Made by a program: the position numbers and the translations under genes | Assembly: GCA_965248925.1 (NCBI GenBank) | Contig: CBDFLE010000006.1 | Location: forward strand, 3,392,001-3,456,000 | Direction: 5' to 3' | Source: Candidatus Multivoradales bacterium | GTDB lineage: Bacteria; Acidobacteriota; Thermoanaerobaculia; Multivoradales; J023 | DNA length: 64,000 nucleotides | In this document: positions 61,497 through 64,000 of the stretch, piece after piece | How the letters are laid out: the number at the start of each line of letters is the position of its first letter | How positions within the stretch are numbered: the first letter of the stretch is position 1 | Notes under the pieces: model-generated | What the model was told of the DNA's origin: nothing | What the model saw: only the letters and a program-made list of their open reading frames with translations | Database searches by the model: none

Positions 61497-61600
61497 TGTT
61501 TTTCGGTCTAGTGGTGATCTTCGCACCCGCTGCCAAACGGTGTCAACAAGCCCCGGTGGGTTGGCGCAGAGCCTATAATCCACCCCCTAGGAGGAATCGC

Positions 61601-63265
61601 TTGAATATCTTGGCCGACAACTTGAAGCGCGACGAACGCACCGCCCGCTGGCTGGCGGAGTGGCATGAGGCAATCGATTCCCTGAACGAAGAAGCCGCGA
61701 CCATCCGCCAAGGCGGCGGTGAGCGGCGCCAAGCGCGGCAACAGGCCAAGGGCAAGATGCTGGTGCGCGAGCGGGTGGCGGCAGTGTGCGATGCTGATTC
61801 GACATTTCTCGAACTCGGTCTGTGGGCGGGTTGGGGGATGTACGAAGAGCACGGCGGCGCGCCGGCTGGTGGGGTGGTCGTCGGCCTGGGTCGCATTCAC
61901 GGCCGCGAGGTGATGGTGGTGGCCAACGACGCCACGGTGAAGGCCGGCGCCTGGTTTCCGATCACCTGCAAGAAGATCCTGCGCGCCCAGGAGATCGCTT
62001 TGGAGAACCGGCTGCCGCTGGTCTATTTGGTCGACTCGGCCGGGGTCTACCTGCCATTGCAAGACGAGGTCTTCGCCGACCGCGACCATTTTGGCCGGGT
62101 GTTCTACAACAACGCCCGCCTGTCGGCCGAGGGCATCTTCCAGGTGGCGGCGATCCTCGGCTCCTGCGTTGCCGGCGGTGCTTATCTGCCAGTGATGAGC
62201 GACGAGTCGCATATCGTCGAAGGCACCGGCTCGATCTTCCTCGCCGGCTCCCATCTGGTACGGGCGGCGATCGGCGAGCAGATCGACAATCAAGACCTTG
62301 GTGGCGCCGCAGTGCAGGCCGACATCTCTGGGGTGGTCGATCATCGCCATCCTGACGAGCAGACCTGCCTGGCGGCGGTGCGGCGCAACTTCGAGCGCCT
62401 CGGCGAGGCCGAGCGCGGGCCCTTCGTGCGCCGTGAGCCTTGCGCGCCCCTCTACCCGGTCGAGGAGATCTGCCGGGTGCTGCCGATCGCTCGCTCCCGT
62501 CCCTACGACACCCGCGATCTGCTGGCCCGCTTGCTCGATGGCAGTGAGTTCGACGAGTTCAAAGCGACCTATGGCCAGACCATCGTCTGTGGCACCGGTT
62601 TCATCGATGGCTGGGCGGTCGGGGTGGTGGCCAACCAACGCGCCGTGGTCAAGCGTCGCACCGGTTTGGAAGCGCAAGAGCAGGAGTTGCAGATCGGCGG
62701 CGTGATCTACTCAGACTCCGCCAACAAAGCAGCTCGTTTCGTGCAGCTCTGCAACCAGAAGAAAATTCCTCTGTTGTTCGTCCAAGATGTTACCGGATTC
62801 ATGGTGGGTAGCCGTGCTGAGCGCGGTGGGATTATCAAAGACGGTGCCAAGTTGGTCAACGCGGTGGCCAACTCGGTGGTGCCCAAAATCACCTTATTCG
62901 TCGGCAACTCCTACGGCGCCGGCAACTACGCCATGTGCGGCAAAGCCTTCGGTGCGCGCTTCCTCTACGCCTGGCCGTCGGCGGCGATCGCGGTGATGGG
63001 TGGTGCGCAGGCTTCGAAAACCTTGCTCGGTATTCAACTCAAGAATCGCGGCGACGAGGTGACCGAAGGCGAGAAGCAGGCACTGCTAGAGCGCATCCAA
63101 AGCCGCTTTGCCGAGGCCGCCCAGGCCCGCTACGCCGCCAGCCGGCTGTGGATCGACGACATCATCCGCCCCCAGGACACCCGCCAAGTGCTAGCTCGCA
63201 GCTTGGCAGCGGTGGCCGCCAACTCCCGCCTGGCGGATTTCAAGACCGGCGTCTTGCAGACCTGA
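61601..63265 (+). CDS. Acyl-CoA carboxylase carboxyltransferase (beta) subunit, methylcrotonyl-CoA carboxylase-like
   Basis: ANDATVKAG, LVDSAG, CVAGGAY, QDVTGFMVG and SYGAGNYAMCG motifs; TTG start behind AGGAGG; TATAAT at 61574. Confidence 0.93.
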   Translation: MNILADNLKRDERTARWLAEWHEAIDSLNEEAATIRQGGGERRQARQQAKGKMLVRERVAAVCDADSTFLELGLWAGWGMYEEHGGAPAGGVVVGLGRIHGREVMVVANDATVKAGAWFPITCKKILRAQEIALENRLPLVYLVDSAGVYLPLQDEVFADRDHFGRVFYNNARLSAEGIFQVAAILGSCVAGGAYLPVMSDESHIVEGTGSIFLAGSHLVRAAIGEQIDNQDLGGAAVQADISGVVDHRHPDEQTCLAAVRRNFERLGEAERGPFVRREPCAPLYPVEEICRVLPIARSRPYDTRDLLARLLDGSEFDEFKATYGQTIVCGTGFIDGWAVGVVANQRAVVKRRTGLEAQEQELQIGGVIYSDSANKAARFVQLCNQKKIPLLFVQDVTGFMVGSRAERGGIIKDGAKLVNAVANSVVPKITLFVGNSYGAGNYAMCGKAFGARFLYAWPSAAIAVMGGAQASKTLLGIQLKNRGDEVTEGEKQALLERIQSRFAEAAQARYAASRLWIDDIIRPQDTRQVLARSLAAVAANSRLADFKTGVLQT

Positions 63266-63289
63266 TTCGGATCAGAGCCCCGAAAGACC

Positions 63290-63847
63290 GTGAACAAGAA
63301 CTTTCAGAAGGTCACGAAAGTGGAAGGCGCTCGGTGCCAGTTGGAGACCGCGGCGCAGTTGTTCTTTGACTCTGGAGACCTGCTTTCAATTCACACTCTT
63401 GTGGGAGCCGCTTCGGGAGTGCTTCAGGATATTGCGACACAGCGCCAACTAGAGCCACTTCTACTCGATAAGCTCGTCGGAGACCTTCCGGGTGCGCTAC
63501 AAGGGGAAGTGCGGCGGGCTCTGAGATCTCAGCAGAACTTCTTGAAGCATGCGGATAAGGACGGAGAAGATAGTAGTTTTGATTTTTCGAAGGGCATCAC
63601 TCCGATAATGCTTTTTAACGCAATTGCGGATCTAGAGAGAAGTGACGATGATATATCTCTTGTTCTCAGAGCTTTTAAATATTGGTTTTGTGTCAACAAC
63701 TATAAGGGAGGTGTTTTATCGTATTCTAAATCCTGGATCGATTGCTTCGACTTGAAATTCGGAAACTTGCACAGTTTGTCGAAGAGAGAATTCTTAGAGG
63801 GGTTCTTGGACCACAGTCAGCCAGGAGATGGCAAGGTGTCCACTTGA
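63290..63847 (+). CDS. Hypothetical protein with lower GC than its flanks
   Basis: QLETAAQLFF...IHTLVGAA...NFLKHADKD; visibly AT-richer. Confidence 0.75.
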   Translation: MNKNFQKVTKVEGARCQLETAAQLFFDSGDLLSIHTLVGAASGVLQDIATQRQLEPLLLDKLVGDLPGALQGEVRRALRSQQNFLKHADKDGEDSSFDFSKGITPIMLFNAIADLERSDDDISLVLRAFKYWFCVNNYKGGVLSYSKSWIDCFDLKFGNLHSLSKREFLEGFLDHSQPGDGKVST

Positions 63848-63906
63848 GCGGTTCGCCGAGTTCGCTCAGGATGAGCGATGGTAAGGACAAAGATACTATT
63901 AAAGCC

Positions 63907-64000
63907 TCATGCTTCTTGCGCCACCTCCGGCGCAGAACCTTCGACCCACCGCCGCCAGCTGAACTTGACATCTTCGAGGATGTAGTAAGCCGCCAGCACC
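63907..64000 (-). CDS. C-terminal end of a gene entering from beyond the window (possibly a membrane protein)
   Basis: Manual translation VLAAYYILEDVKFSWRRWVEGSAPEVAQEA-stop with host-like codons. Confidence 0.5.
   Translation of the reverse strand, partial: VLAAYYILEDVKFSWRRWVEGSAPEVAQEA

Overview
GC-rich bacterial chromosomal segment; gene content suggests Acidobacteriota, possibly Thermoanaerobaculia (inference only). About 40 CDSs; I saw no rRNA, tRNA, CRISPR array or transposase. Housekeeping blocks: CHAD/sixA/ppk1, sfsA, abgT, glyQS, alpha-2-macroglobulin-pbpC, a glutaredoxin-like gene with trxB, MoxR/VWA, envelope modification genes, a moaD-moaE fusion and an acyl-CoA carboxylase beta subunit. 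Best leads: (1) a ~390-nt ORF-free, multi-hairpin, G-run-rich element at ~5580-5968 with its own + strand terminator, a candidate unannotated ncRNA; (2) a winged-helix-NACHT-multipass membrane protein divergent from a small beta-rich orphan and followed by a 759-aa Rossmann-fold orphan; (3) a YqiJ-like/flotillin/1835-aa AAA+ ATPase operon; (4) a Ser/Thr kinase-class III cyclase-TM-TPR fusion convergent with an orphan ending in DPTIVHDP; (5) an actinobacterial-type hydrolase plus lipoprotein pair resembling effector-immunity; (6) a sigma54 redox operon with a perfect 15-bp inverted-repeat enhancer. Family assignments come from motif recognition by eye; no searches or folding were run.
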